A stretch of 63,649 nucleotides of DNA, the filler included, from Choristocarpus tenellus KU-1152 (lineage: Eukaryota > Protista > Phaeophyceae), in NCBI GenBank assembly GCA_964200185.2. It is 11 parts of 11 records of this genome, joined end to end, with 100 filler letters (N's around TTAATTAATTAA, not from the genome) between each part and the next. Parts side by side here need not be neighbours in the genome. Positions count along the whole stretch, not along the records: positions 1 to 3,676 come from CAXNAD020018573.1; positions 3,777 to 7,308 come from CAXNAD020019416.1; positions 7,409 to 10,674 come from CAXNAD020021165.1; positions 10,775 to 15,700 come from CAXNAD020012505.1; 7 more parts are not named here. One strand, written 5' to 3'. Below the pieces are notes generated by a model that had not been told where the DNA came from, did no database searches, and worked only from the letters and a program-made list of their open reading frames with translations. Below are positions 1-12,279 of the stretch, piece by piece. Positions within the stretch are counted from its first letter, which is position 1. Each line of letters opens with the position of its first letter. The position numbers were made by a program, and so were the translations under genes.

Positions 1-224
1 GTTTGTCCATTTGGGGCTTGGCTTCCCTCGGGGGTTTTTTATGACATTTTCCTACTCCAAAATATTTCGGAGTAGGTAAAATGTATACATTACGAAAAGG
101 TATGCCCGGAACAAGGATATTGACACCTCCTAACAAACACGATAGCCAAAATTATATCAAAATCGCAACATTGGATTTTGGACCCCAAATGGACGCGGCT
201 CTACCCTCTAAGATACTTTGGCTC
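1..224 (-). mobile_element. MITE family 1, copy truncated by window start
   Basis: Matches the 4912-5169 copy along its length; ends ...TACCCTCTAAGATACTTTGGCTC. Confidence 0.9.
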
Positions 225-949
225 CTACCACCATGCTTGTAATGAAGTGTCATCAACGTCCTTGTTCTGCACACACCTTTGCACAGCGTATAAATATTTT
301 GTCTACTCCAGGGCGTTTCTGTTACCCAGGCGCCCCTGAAAGACTACCTCCACATGATGTATATCTCCGATGTACAGGCCTACAGATCATACTGATGCAT
401 ATTAGGACTCCTGATGCACAAGTCGTCAAAGATTGCTGCATCTCTCACTTGGAAAAGATCATCAATATATCATCGTATAAAAAGGAACTGGTCTACGATA
501 TGTCTTACCACAATCGGGGACCATAAAATGCCCAGATAAGAAATGGAATTGGTGGAGAAGTACACATGTATGAAACCTAGAAGTCCGATGTCATAAATGG
601 TGTTTATGAAACCACCATGAAGACATATCGCCTGTAACATACCCTCCCCTAGCATGAAGCGTAACTGCTTCAATGTCCAAAATGAGGGATTGGACAAGGA
701 AATATAATGTCACTCCTCATCCTACCATGTGAACGCAGCAGAAGTGAAATGCATGTCACTTCTGGGTCCTAACGTATCAGTACGTTGCTTGGGGGATCCA
801 GCAGAGGAGGAAACCTGGACGAAAAACCCCCTTCCAACGTTTGCCCTGACGACAGATATGTTAACGCGACACTCGCACCTCCTTGCACTCACTCCGCATT
901 TGAATCTACGTTGAAATGAATGACTCCTACGCCAGAAGAGTTTTCATAC

Positions 950-1420
950 ACACGTCAGAAGTAGGGTACTGTCTCAAAAGACTCCACCCCTTCAAAGATA
1001 AAGCAACACAAATAAAGACACAAAATCGTGGTAGCACTGAATTTGTGTATTGCCATGGACTCCCCCCCCTTCAGAACCAGAATACAGCAAGGACAGGACC
1101 CTAAGACCATGACTCACGGTCTCAAAAGAGATTGGTTGATGTCATGGAAAGGCTTTAACCGTTGGTAGGAACTGTGAATATAGACCAAAAAAGAATCAAA
1201 CATCTTACAATATATAAAATAACAATAGAGAGCATCTCAGCAAGTCTCTCCCTCTTCGCAACTATCGACAGAAAGGAATACGGACAAAAAATTAAAATAT
1301 CACTGAAATAGGGTACTGCCTAGACTGCCCCCCTTCAGAAGTATAAAAAGACGAATTATCAGACACCAAGATGTCTCACAGTTTTAAACAAATACAAGGT
1401 CCTGTTATATAAAGGCTTTG
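950..1420. repeat. Diverged repeat modules (AGGGTACTG...GACTCCCCCCCTTCAGAA), probably retroelement non-coding region
   Basis: Motif at ~960, ~1046 and ~1308; an inverted copy at ~2875-2925. Confidence 0.45.
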
Positions 1421-1780
1421 CTCTACCCACGAGCAAAGAACATACAACTAAAAGACTCAGAAAAATGGTGAGTGACATAGTAACACTTAAGCACTCCTCA
1501 CAAATATCCAACACAAATGAATACGGATGCAAAATCACAATGATACTGAAACAGGGTGTTGTCGTCAGAAAGTCTTTCCCATTGATGAGTACGAACACAA
1601 ACAATAGAAGACGGGAATCATGTCTCAAATACAAACAAAGATATCTACAAACCACACACATGAGATAGTTAAATGCCATAAATAACAAGGCCACTCACAC
1701 CGGTTGGAAATATACGAAAGGCAGACATGCTATTCGCCTGTAACATTTCAGGGATGTGGATAAAATCTGTATGCATCAAC

Positions 1781-1853
1781 CCGTGGAATGCCAAGCCCCA
1801 AGCGGACAACAAACAGGGGGGGCAAAACACTTACCTCCAAGATACTTCCACTC
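1781..1853 (+). mobile_element. MITE family 1, diverged right-end fragment
   Basis: GCCAAGCCCCAAGCGGACAA...CCTCCAAGATACTTCCACTC resembles the right end of the 8681-8937 copy. Confidence 0.7.
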
Positions 1854-3676
1854 ACATCTTTGCTCGACAGGATACAGCTTTACTCCGCGGGACATTTGTC
1901 CCTCTCCAGTATACAAGGCCTATATATGGTGCTGATGATGCCCAATACAGATCTCTCCTGATGCACAAAAGACGTGTAGAGTGTAAGTGCCGGATCTCCC
2001 AACATGCATTATTGTTTCCGCCCCCCTCTCATATAGAGAGGTGGAAATGTCATCATGATGAGAACCGCACTGCAAATCTGCTACCACCCACGGAAACGAG
2101 ATAGTAACTTTCTCATACTATATTCGATGCTGCTGTGGTAGGAGACGTTCTTCAATCTCTTCCTTCTTCTTCGTATGTTGGTTGAACGTGTATCTGGGAG
2201 GGGGTGGCGGTTGTATATTTGGGGACAATTTTTCAATTTCCCGATGTTTGCGTTATTTGGTACAATACTTTGTACTGATAAATGCATTAAGGGTTGTCGT
2301 GTGGGGTTATGGCCCGGATGGACACCCTACTGTAGACCCCCCCCCCCTCCCCTCCCACACGTAGTTCAGGTCTGTTCATAGTTCCTATACGAAAGTGAAG
2401 CCTTTCAATGGCACCCTACCTTTAATCGACTGCGAGGCATTTGTGTTGGTGTCCTACCGTTGTTTTCGTGTTTATGATGTTGTGAAGGGGGAATGAACAC
2501 GATAGCACCCCTAAAAGGGCGTTATGGTAAAATTCCGAACAGTAGATATTTATTGTATTTTGCAGTCAGTAAGAGAGAGGGATACACGCTGAGCCAACCT
2601 GCTACTCCTTTTTTTTGGTATATTGCAAGTCGACGTTTGTATCTCTTGAAACATATGTCCATAGTTCCCAGGGGGGGTTAAGTCTTACCACTGCAGCAGC
2701 ACCCAGTCTCGTTTTTGACCGTGGGAAATTGCCCTATTTGTCTCCTCCCCCGAACCTTGCTGTGTCTTCTTTACTTCCCCGAAGGAGGAGGGTCTGCGAC
2801 AGTACCCAAGTTCCTAGTAGTGCCACTCTGGTGGGGTTCTGTGGCTGTTTATATTTGTGTACGCTTTAAAGGTTGTAAGGGGGGCGGAGTCTGTATAGGG
2901 ACAGTACCCCCCTACTTCTGATGTGAGCATGAGACTCTGGTGTGTCGCTAAGCCTTGCGCTACTGCTCCTTAGAGTCAAACGCAAAGTGTTAGTGTCGTC
3001 AGGTGCGAGTGTCGCACCAACCAACGTATCTGTGGTGGTTGTCACAGGGAAAACGTTCGAAGTGGGGTTCGATACATGTTTTTTCCTCCTCCGCTGGGGG
3101 TCCCCAACGCTGTTATACAGGTAATAAATGTCTTCAGGGGGCAGTTTCATGAAACACCATTGTGCCCTTGAAGTCCTACATACTGGATATAATTTGTATT
3201 TATTGTATCTATCATTTTTTTATTTGGTGATTGTGGTCCCCGATTGTGATAAGGGACATATCGTTGACTTATTTCCTTTTTATATATACGGTGTTATATT
3301 GATGATAATCCAGGCGACAATTCCAGCATAGTTGATGACTCGTGGATCAGCGGTCCTATCTACATGCCCCCCAGTTTTCATCTAAGGGCCTTGCATACAT
3401 TGGAGCACGATATACATTCTCTGGAGTTAAGCTTGAGGGGTACAGTGTAACAACTCTGCTCCCAGTGACATGTTGACGACCTAGGATGTGACATTCACTT
3501 TTTTTCTTCCCATTCTCCTGACAGGACGAGGAGTGTGATTTTGAGTGTGTATGTGTAGGATGAATTCCGACACGCCCAGAGATATGGTACATCGGTGACA
3601 GTTCCGTTTTGAATTCTGACCATTGTTGGTGCTCTTGATTAAGGAGATTACCTAAGTGAGAGAGTAGATACCCAGT

Positions 3677-3776
3677 NNNNNNNNNNNNNNNNNNNNNNNN
3701 NNNNNNNNNNNNNNNNNNNNTTAATTAATTAANNNNNNNNNNNNNNNNNNNNNNNNNNNNNNNNNNNNNNNNNNNN
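3677..3776. other. Artificial contig linker N44-TTAATTAATTAA-N44 (first of ten; others 7309-7408, 10675-10774, 15701-15800, 20347-20446, 29523-29622, 43550-43649, 47284-47383, 51397-51496, 59261-59360)
   Basis: Identical 100-bp structure recurs ten times; the 12-mer puts stop codons in all six frames. Confidence 0.98.
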
Positions 3777-3829
3777 CATACCCATGGGTGAACAAAATCG
3801 GGGTAGGTACTGTATAGGGTTTAGGTGGG

Positions 3830-5720
3830 AAAACGCCTCCCCACCCTTTCTTCCTGTGTGTTCGCGCACCCACTCTTTGACCTCTGCAAGGATGTCCTCG
3901 TCGAGGCCCAGGACGAAACGCCTCTCATAGCGCCCTTGCTCCGACACCTTGATGCGACCCTTAGTTAGGAAGTCTCTCTCCCATTTACTCACAGTTTCCG
4001 ACCTGACCATCATATATCCTGCTGCCATTTTGAGCGCCGTTTGACAGTCTTTCCCGTCGTTCATACACACATACAGGATTCGCAGTGTTAGAGCCTTAAC
4101 TATCACATTTCCTTGTTGAGCGCCGGAAATGGGCGTTGTTCGTGTTTCCTGGGCAGGTGATATTTTTTTTCATCAAGACGCAATGGAGAGGGAGGGCAGG
4201 CTTGAGTTGATCGAAAATTGTGTTGATTTCTTGAATGAATGCAGGCTGGGAGAAAGCCTTAATCAACTTTATACATCCCACCCCAAGTCCAGGAACAAAA
4301 GTGAATGTACAGCATGTTGCAAGAAGTGGGACACCAAACCACTGGTGTGCAAATAGTCTCAATCTCACCTCCTCTTCTGTCCTAGCATCCTCGTCGATGG
4401 CTACCTCCACCTGCTTTGTGACCTCTTCAAAGTAAAGGATTTGGTGACATCGAAAAGTCTCCACAGCTGTCTTTGTTACGATCGCTTTCTCCTTCGCCTT
4501 GCGAGCCCTTTCGACCTTGGTCCTTGTAGCCCAACCCTAATACCTTCTTTCTCATTTCCTGAAGCCACTCTGGCTCGCATAGCTTCCAAACAGCCAGGGT
4601 TTGCTACAACTGTCGACTACAAAGATATTCTACACCTGGGTTTTTGCTTAGGCGTTTCCTGGGCGCAATGGCACACAGTCGTGCTGCTCTCTTCCTCAAT
4701 CTTCCCTTCGGACGGCCACCCCGGTTCTCCCTTCGCCCGCCATGACCAGGATTCCCCACAAAACACTGTACCACCTGGTGATGGACTTGCTGCTCTGTTC
4801 CTGCTTTCCCGAGGCGGCAGAGACTGCAGAGGAGTGCTCTGCATTGGTTGAAGATCCAACCACATTTGCGTGGTAATACTTTGAATGCATCTTCTTTTAG
4901 CGTCAGTGTCAGAGTGAAAGTATTTTAGAGGGTACGAATTTTGTCCTGTTTGTCCATTTGGGGCTTGACTTCCCACGGGTTCTTTATGGCATTTTCCTAC
5001 TCCAAATTGTTTCGAAGTAGGTAAAATATAAATGTTATGAAAAGGTGTGTTTGGAGCAAAGATATTGACACTTCCTAACAAACACAGTAGCCAAAACTAC
5101 ATCAAAATCGCAACATTGGATTTTGGCCCCCAAACGGATGCGGTTCTACCCTCTAAGATACTTTGACTCTCACGGCCCCGTGATCCATTTCGCGATTTGA
5201 TTATTTATTCTGCTGCGCCACACTACTCACACTTTATTGTCACTTAACATCGCACTGAGTGTCACACGGTACTTGCTTTTCCCTCGTCTCTCGACAGACG
5301 AAGGTGTCGAGGGTAGATCCAGGGGGCAGAGTGGGCTCAGCGACTCTCCTTGTCTCACTGTTGTGGTTCATGTTGCTGCGTAAGTCACGCGTGTGTGTGC
5401 TCACAGAAAGTCTGCAAAAGGTGTTTAAAAGATGTCTGGATAAAAAGAAGTCTGGAAATCTTGGGGAGGTTGTCTGCTTTTTTTTCAGTAGGGCCACACC
5501 AGCCAAACTTGGTCAGCGGTGTACACCGGACCAGTTTTCTGCAAGGAGTTCAACCAACGACTTCATTTTTGTACGTTTTGAAGTTGTGACCTTCAAAATT
5601 GCGCTGGAGATATTCCCCCTCGTCTTTTCCATTATTTTATCAGGACATAGTTCCCGTTCACAGAAGTTTGTACATTCCTGCATACAAACCTTCAAAAGCT
5701 CTTGTCATACCCTTTCATTT
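3830..5720 (-). mobile_element. Decayed IS630/Tc1-mariner-like DNA transposon, 5' part with transposase N-terminal region
   Basis: Peptide SETVSKWERDFLTKGRIKVSEQGRYERRFVLGLDEDILAEVKEWVREH resembles the HTH region of fungal/stramenopile DDE_3-type transposases; the region abuts a (TA)n tract at ~5722-5742. Boundaries approximate. Confidence 0.55.
4912..5169 (-). mobile_element. MITE family 1, complete (258 bp), TSD TCA
   Basis: TIRs GAGTGAAAGTATTTTAGAGGGTA / TACCCTCTAAGATACTTTGACTC; TCA on both sides. Confidence 0.95.
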
Positions 5721-5814
5721 GATATATATATATATATATATATTGTTGTATATCTGTTGGGGCGATACGATGAAAAAAAGCTATATTATCACAGAGGGCG
5801 AAGCTACTGGTATC

Positions 5815-6925
5815 ACCATAGCTTACGAATTAGCCCGGTGCAATATTGGTGAGATGGCACTAAGGAACGGATCTAAGAATGTAAACCACCATAAACTGCC
5901 ACTATATGAACCCGGAGATAAAGTGTGGCTTCACAAACCACATACTTCAGTTGATGCACCGAACCCCAAGTTATTGTCCCCATAGAGAGGACCTTATGAA
6001 GTGAAGGCATGTATAACAACTGTTGGTTATCGCGTAAAATGCTTGGAAGACCGACGTGAAGTGAAAGTTCATGTGGCCAGATATAAACCCTGCAAGGAAG
6101 GAATAGTCACTGAACCTGACATAGATGCCTTTAATTCACTCTTTTTAGGCTGGGTAATACCCGAACCAAATCTTGATCCGGGGTCCAAGACACAGCTAAC
6201 TATTGGGTCTTACAATATAGAAGGCATTGTTGACCATAAGCAAGGTGTAGGAAGAAAGACTGCTCGCAATTAGTTATACCAGCTTCACCTTGAAGAATAT
6301 TCACCGGCCAGTGATGTATGGCGCAAACTCGCTGAAATATGTAATGTGCAGAGATGATCGCAGCCTATAGGGAAGAGAACAAGGTGGACCTCCCTAATGT
6401 AAGAGCCACTGATCAAGCGACTTGTCATAAAAGAAAGACACCTGCCACTACCACAACCGATGAACCTGAACTACCGCCAACCAGACGTCCACCTAATAGC
6501 AAAGAAGCCTCCCCTAATGTGATATCCCTCCTTGTGGACCGGAAAGTGTGATGAATGCCTCTATACTAGTGGGTTGCCAGCCTGGTGAGTTGCCACCAGA
6601 GTCCACAGATAGGGAAGATATTTCTTTTTCACTACCAAGATGGCAGAAGCGATGCCAATAAATTCTTGAAGACCATATGATGGCTCAGTCCAGGTGGTAT
6701 TTTGAGCTTATCTATCAGACGAATCGGGGCTCGTGGGGTAGAAAGATAGCTCTTATCCGGAGACACAAACACAGGTTGGCCCTATGTGTGAGAAGCATTA
6801 ATATTATTCAAAAATATGATTACAACATGTATAATTTATTCTAATTTATTGTTTACACAAACAAATGCGCACACAACAAATATTTAACGTTTAAGGTTCT
6901 GGTTGTCCAAGCACCTTGGAGGCAA
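5815..6925 (+). mobile_element. Ty3/Gypsy pol 3' fragment: integrase C-terminus, chromodomain and downstream region (pseudogenised)
   Basis: KLLSP*RGPYEV (GPY/F motif), VHVARYKP, YNIEGIVDH...LHLEEYSPASDVW chromodomain; colinear with ~20705-21812; contains stops and frameshifts. Confidence 0.88.
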
Positions 6926-8680
6926 GTTGTTGTACAAGACGTGACAGTAGGAGATGATTAGCTTTCCAATCACTCTTGGCACTATCCCCACAACACGTCC
7001 AGTAGATGACTTGATGTACCAAAGGGGGCACGTAGGAGACAGGCAGGTCTACACCATTTTTCTCACTGTGCTTTCCACCCGTTAACACAGATTTTCTCTT
7101 GGACTAGAGTGCAACTTAGGGCTGATCACCACTAGTGCTCCATCTTTCATTATTTTTCTTTTCCCTGAGTTGTTCCAACCAGGATGTTTTTCCTCCCAAA
7201 TACGGACCTGTCCAGCATGAAGTGCTGGTCAGCCATTTTTGTGTTCGTGTTGGATAGAATCCACACTGGGGGGGGGGGGTAATGTCAGGGACAGGTTTCT
7301 TTTTGGGANNNNNNNNNNNNNNNNNNNNNNNNNNNNNNNNNNNNNNNNNNNNTTAATTAATTAANNNNNNNNNNNNNNNNNNNNNNNNNNNNNNNNNNNN
7401 NNNNNNNNACCACGCTGTCACTACGTTGAGCCGATCTCGTCATAATCTTTTATGTTAGAGGCCGTATGTATGTACGTAGGGGCCAATCTTCATACCAGAG
7501 GCGGCGTCGACCTACACTTTAACATTATTAGTAATGAAAAACGTATGTGTACAATAAACAGGACACAGCAGACAACAGTGAGACTTTCTCGTTCGCCGGC
7601 ACGCTTTGCATGCTGACTTGCCTTTAATGTATGTATGTATATCCTCCACCACCGCATAGTCGGGTGCTTTAAGCTCCTCCCCCCTTTCGTTCCCCCCCTG
7701 CCACACACATGCAGTCGCTTTTTTATTTACAACAAGCCGCTGAGCGTGTCGGGGAGATAAATGATGAAAGATAAAAAAAAATAAAAGAAAATTACTTCGA
7801 TGTACGGCTTCTTGGGGGACTCCGCTGCTACGACAACACGACAACACTGTTCACAAGTACTAGCACCTAACACTTCTAAATGCTACTAGCATAAGATATT
7901 TTGGCAATTGAATGCATACTATTGCATCCATAATTCGTTTGTACATAATATATTTTATGAAGGAGACACCAACCTGTTGTGAAGGAGGCTCAAAATCATG
8001 CATGGAAACAAAGGACTACGACTGCCAAGCAACCCAAACCCCCTTCTACTATGTATCGCAACAACAACATGCTGCTTGCAACGCTCTGAAAACATCATCA
8101 TGGATTAAACTAAATGTTGTCGCCGCCATCTCCCGCGGCAGTTATTACTATCCGTCACAACAAATATGCGTACTCGGCTCTCAATACACACCGCTCATTC
8201 TCCAAGAGGCCTACGAGGTATACTTTACTTACACGAATATCTGCCACATGCTTGCTAATCCGGCGTCTCTACATTTCCCTAGCACCGCGACAGGGCCGAA
8301 AGTGTGCAGCGGTTAACCTAACCCGCGTGTTTGGCTCCAGCGTTTGGGTGGTAGGGAGCGGTCTCTTCCGTGCCGCTGTACTGCTCCGTCCTTTATCCAC
8401 TTCAAGGACTGGTCCTTCCACGGCTGTCTGCAAGGGCACCCCCGTACATGCACCTGCACCGGCAGACGCCCACTCCCCCTCCCCCGTACCGAGGTCCCCC
8501 TTCTCTTCATCGTCCTCATCGTTCTCGTCCTCCTTCTGCTGATCCTCGTCCTCCTCCTCCTCTTCATCCTTCTCCTCGTCCTCCTCCTCGTTGTTGTCGG
8601 TGTTGGTATCCTTTTCGTCCCCATTCTCCCCCCCCCTCTCCTCTCCTCGTCCCTTGAATTTTCTCTTCCGTCCTTCTCCC

Positions 8681-8937
8681 GAGTCAAAGTATCTTAGAGG
8701 GTAGAGCCTGCCCGTGCCCAATTGGGGACTAAAATCCAATGTTGTAATTTTGATGTAATTTTGGCTATCATGTTTGCTAGGAGATGTCAATATCCTTGTC
8801 TGGACACTACTTTTCATAACGTATTACCTACTCCAAAACATTTTGGACTAGGTAAAATGTCATTAATAACCCGTGGGAAGCCAAGCCCCAAATGGACAAA
8901 CAGGGCAAAATTCGTACCCTCTAAGATACTTTCACTC
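8681..8937 (+). mobile_element. MITE family 1, complete (257 bp), TSD TCCC
   Basis: GAGTCAAAGTATCTTAGAGGGTA...TACCCTCTAAGATACTTTCACTC; removing it plus 4 nt restores the host frame (EREGFAG|EGRKRKF). Confidence 0.95.
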
Positions 8938-9961
8938 TCCCGCAAAACCCTCCCTTTCCCTGGCCTCGATAGCAGACCGTAGAACTGTCAATACCTTGGT
9001 AGGAATCTATTTGCCGTTCCCAACAAGTTTGTCACACGTCAAAACAATACCCGCCATGGGTTCCCAGGTTACTTCATTATCCCGCTTTGGTTTCCCAGTT
9101 CGCCCGGATCTATCACCAGTGTGTATGTAGCCTTCAACAAAAGTACTTTTCCCGTACTTTTCAAGGGTCAGAAACGCGGCGTTATCACGTGTGTGGTCAC
9201 TGGTCGGCCGAAGCCAGTGAAGATCCATCCCACGCTCCCCGTTGTCGCCGACACGCTCTGCTAGGATCTTGCTGACCAAGAGCGGCGCCTCCATTGCCAC
9301 AAAAAGGCAAACCTGCCTTCCTACACGGTGACAAGGTTTCGATCGTTCGCCGATGTCAAGGTAGCACGAAGCCAACCCCATCGATGGAAGCTACTTCTTC
9401 CGTGTCACTGTCCGATAAGGAAGAGTCTGTTTCCTTAAGCCCGCCGAGATCATTGTCATCGCTGACGACATTACCTCCTCCACCCGAATGTTCCCCCTCG
9501 TCGGTGTCTTCGACATCGCTGGTATGAGTTCCAGTGTCATCATCATCGGTGGGAAGCCAATGGACTGGGATGTCGAACTCTCGTTCCCCTGTCTTTTTGA
9601 GAAGCCGCACAGACTCGCTTTGCTCGTGTTTCGCTCTCTGAACGGCTTCATCGTCTGCAAAGGTGGATGGCATGAGCATGAGAACATCAACGGTATGGAA
9701 ACATGAATGTGACTTTGTAACCAGCCGTAAGGTTGCACGAAGGCGCTTCGGGAGCATTTAGTGAGAGGGAGGGTGTAGATTTCGTCGGATTCGTCACTGT
9801 TGAGTACAAGACTGGTACCCTCAAAACAATTATCGCTGGTAATTTATAGTACTTGTTTATCGTGACACGCGACGATCACTACGCATGAGAATGGAATATT
9901 TTTCTAGGTTGTTTTTGCAAGGGCTGCAAAGCTGCCTCGTACAGAAGTTGCACCAGATTTT

Positions 9962-10140
9962 GGTCCAAAGTATCTGGAGGGGGGTGGCAGCTGTCCATTT
10001 GGGGTCAATTTTTCATGTCGCTTTTTTTGGGTGATTTGGTTGCATAGGTCAGATGGATAATGTAAATGCACTTTTCCTGATTTTGGTTCAAATGGACACC
10101 CTGGTGCAGATTCCTTCCTCCCCCCCAGATACTTTGGGTC
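9962..10140 (+). mobile_element. MITE family 2 (179 bp), TIR related to family 1, inserted in a T run inside the transposase intron
   Basis: GGTCCAAAGTATCTGG...CCAGATACTTTGGGTC, TTTT on both sides; fragments also at ~2190-2250, ~10850-10880, ~15677-15700, ~20331-20346 and 47384-47469. Confidence 0.85.
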
Positions 10141-11747
10141 TTTTTTAGCTGCCACCAAATACAAAAATTGGCCATCAACTCCCCTCACGAAATATTCGAC
10201 TTACCCAGTGGGTACGCAGCAGCCAGGCGCTCGTGTGACGCCTGGTACCGCTGCTCCACCTTCAGGATGACGTCTTCGGGAACGCTCTTGAGCTGGTGGG
10301 GGGGTGCATCTTGGAAACGAGGCGGGTGGCCGATTAAGAGGTCGTGCGGAGGGGCGTTGGGGTCGATAGCAATGTTGGCGCTTATCCCATTCCATGCAGT
10401 GCTGTGCATGTATTGCTTTACGCTAATCTTAACCCGCCCTTCATCGCCTTTTTCAACACGAAAAGCCCTGTAGCTCGTGATGTTGGGAACACGGTTGATG
10501 CGACCGTGAAGGAGTCCCTTGAAGTTGCCCTCGTTCCGTAGGGTCTTGACTGGAACCTCCGTGTAAGAGGCCTGCAGCTCTTCACCCAGCTGTGTTCTTG
10601 TGAAGATGTTCTTCCCTTTGATACCACGTGAGAACCTGAAGGTGAAATGCAAGCAAGTTAATTTTGAGGCAGGCNNNNNNNNNNNNNNNNNNNNNNNNNN
10701 NNNNNNNNNNNNNNNNNNTTAATTAATTAANNNNNNNNNNNNNNNNNNNNNNNNNNNNNNNNNNNNNNNNNNNNTAAGCCGGGTGGTAAATGTTTGTGTC
10801 CTTTTTCTTTTTTTGCCACAAAGGACCCCCCCCTGCGCCCCCCCCCCCCCCCCCCCCCCAGATACTTTTCTTTTGGGTCCAGGGGGAAATGAAGAAGAAC
10901 CTCACGATCATAAACAACCATGTGGGAGTGCAAAAGTCTATTGATGAGAACTGGCAAGAGGGTGGGTCAACGTTGTGGTGGGGAGGGAAAGCTAAAAATT
11001 TTAATAAAGGAACCAATCAACTACCTCAACTTGATTTTTTCTGTATATCAGATCGATTGATGATATGGTAGTGGTGACAAAGACGTGGCAGGTGTTACAG
11101 AAGTGACACAGACATGTGGCGTAGGTTCAGTGCTCTCCCCACCATGATACAAATAACAAACGTGGGTGGGAGACAAGCAGGTTTTCAAGTAAACAGGGAG
11201 AGTGACTCTGAACTGTAACAAACTGATGATAGGTCCTTACTTCTGCCGTTTCACAGCTTTTTCCCTACGCCTCACATTACCAAGATTGTGAGAGGTTGGG
11301 GAGGCTTGGGCACCAATTTGATTCATTTTTCCTGTCCAACCTGGTCCACTCTTCTTGGGATGATTTTCAGGTCTGACCTGATGATCTCACACTTGGTGGC
11401 GAAGTAAATGACAGACAGTGAATACCAAATATATATATATATTCGAGGATGTATTTTGGGTTGTGAGGGGTTGTCTGAGCTAAAACAGTAAGAAAGCACT
11501 CTTTGAAGCAGATTAAAAGGCTGTATTGAGTTCAAGATTTGCATTTTCTCAAGCTTGTTTAGTAGAGGGTAGACCGGGCAGTGTATCCATTCTAGTTGAG
11601 TAGAGTGACTTTTGGGATGTATTTGAGTCCTTGTGAAGAAGGGTTTGGCCTGCAGAGGCTTTGACACGGATTTTTAGGCCTCTACAAACATAGCGTTCTT
11701 GGAGTTACATTTGTTGCTTTGTCTGCACAAATGTAGATCACTGTGAA

Positions 11748-12004
11748 GAATCAAAGTATCTTAGAGAGTAGAGCGGCGTCCGTTTGTGGGTCAAAATCCA
11801 ATGTTGCGATTTTGACGTAATTTTGGCTATCGTGTTTGTTAGGAAGTGTTAATATCCTTGTTCGGAACCACCTTTTCACAACGAATACATTTTACCTACT
11901 CCGAAACATTTCGGAGAAGGTAAAATGTCATCAAAAACAGTGGGAAGCCAAGCCCCAAATGGACAAACAGGTCAAAACTCATACCCTCTAAGATACTTTC
12001 ACTC
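11748..12004 (+). mobile_element. MITE family 1, complete (257 bp), TSD TGAA
   Basis: GAATCAAAGTATCTTAGAGAGTA...TACCCTCTAAGATACTTTCACTC; TGAA on both sides. Confidence 0.95.
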
Positions 12005-12279
12005 TGAATTTTATATCTTGTGATGTGACGCCACGCGAACAGTGACAATATGTGAAACCAAGAGTGTTTCATACTGGAGTAGATTTAGGAATGAATTTCA
12101 AAAACAAAGGAGCAACAGAAGATAGGATATTGTATGGTTGATAAGGTGGAAGATGAAAAAAGGATCAGGGGCTAAGAAGGCAGGTAGGAAGGTCCCTTGG
12201 CAACATAAAGCTGGTTAACATTGCTGTACCAACTGCCCTGACTCCATGTTAGACAATTTGGTATGTTGGCTGACGTGCA

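Larger units (their letters stand above)
8269..10635 (-). pseudogene. Intron-containing DDE transposase pseudogene, C-terminal half; Sola-like/DUF7869-like (inference)
   Basis: Exon 10635-10205 (cag|...RFSRGIKGKNIFTRTQL...ITSYRAFRVEKGDEGRVKISVKQYMHSTAW...|gtaagt) splices in frame to an exon starting at 9654 (ttgcag|DDEAVQR...DIPVHW). Acidic tails, one frameshift (~9370), one stop (~9008), two MITE insertions. The peptide resembles the region after the GHTHEDIDQ motif, which is not in the contig. Confidence 0.6.

Noticed and set aside
3721-3732. TTAATTAATTAA as a piggyBac/TTAA site or regulatory motif
   Set aside because: Always centred in N runs; it is an assembly linker.
8344-8697. Hydrophobic membrane-protein ORF (also 28054-28269)
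   Set aside because: Antisense shadows of acidic (GAG/GAC) or Asn-rich (AAT) low-complexity tracts.
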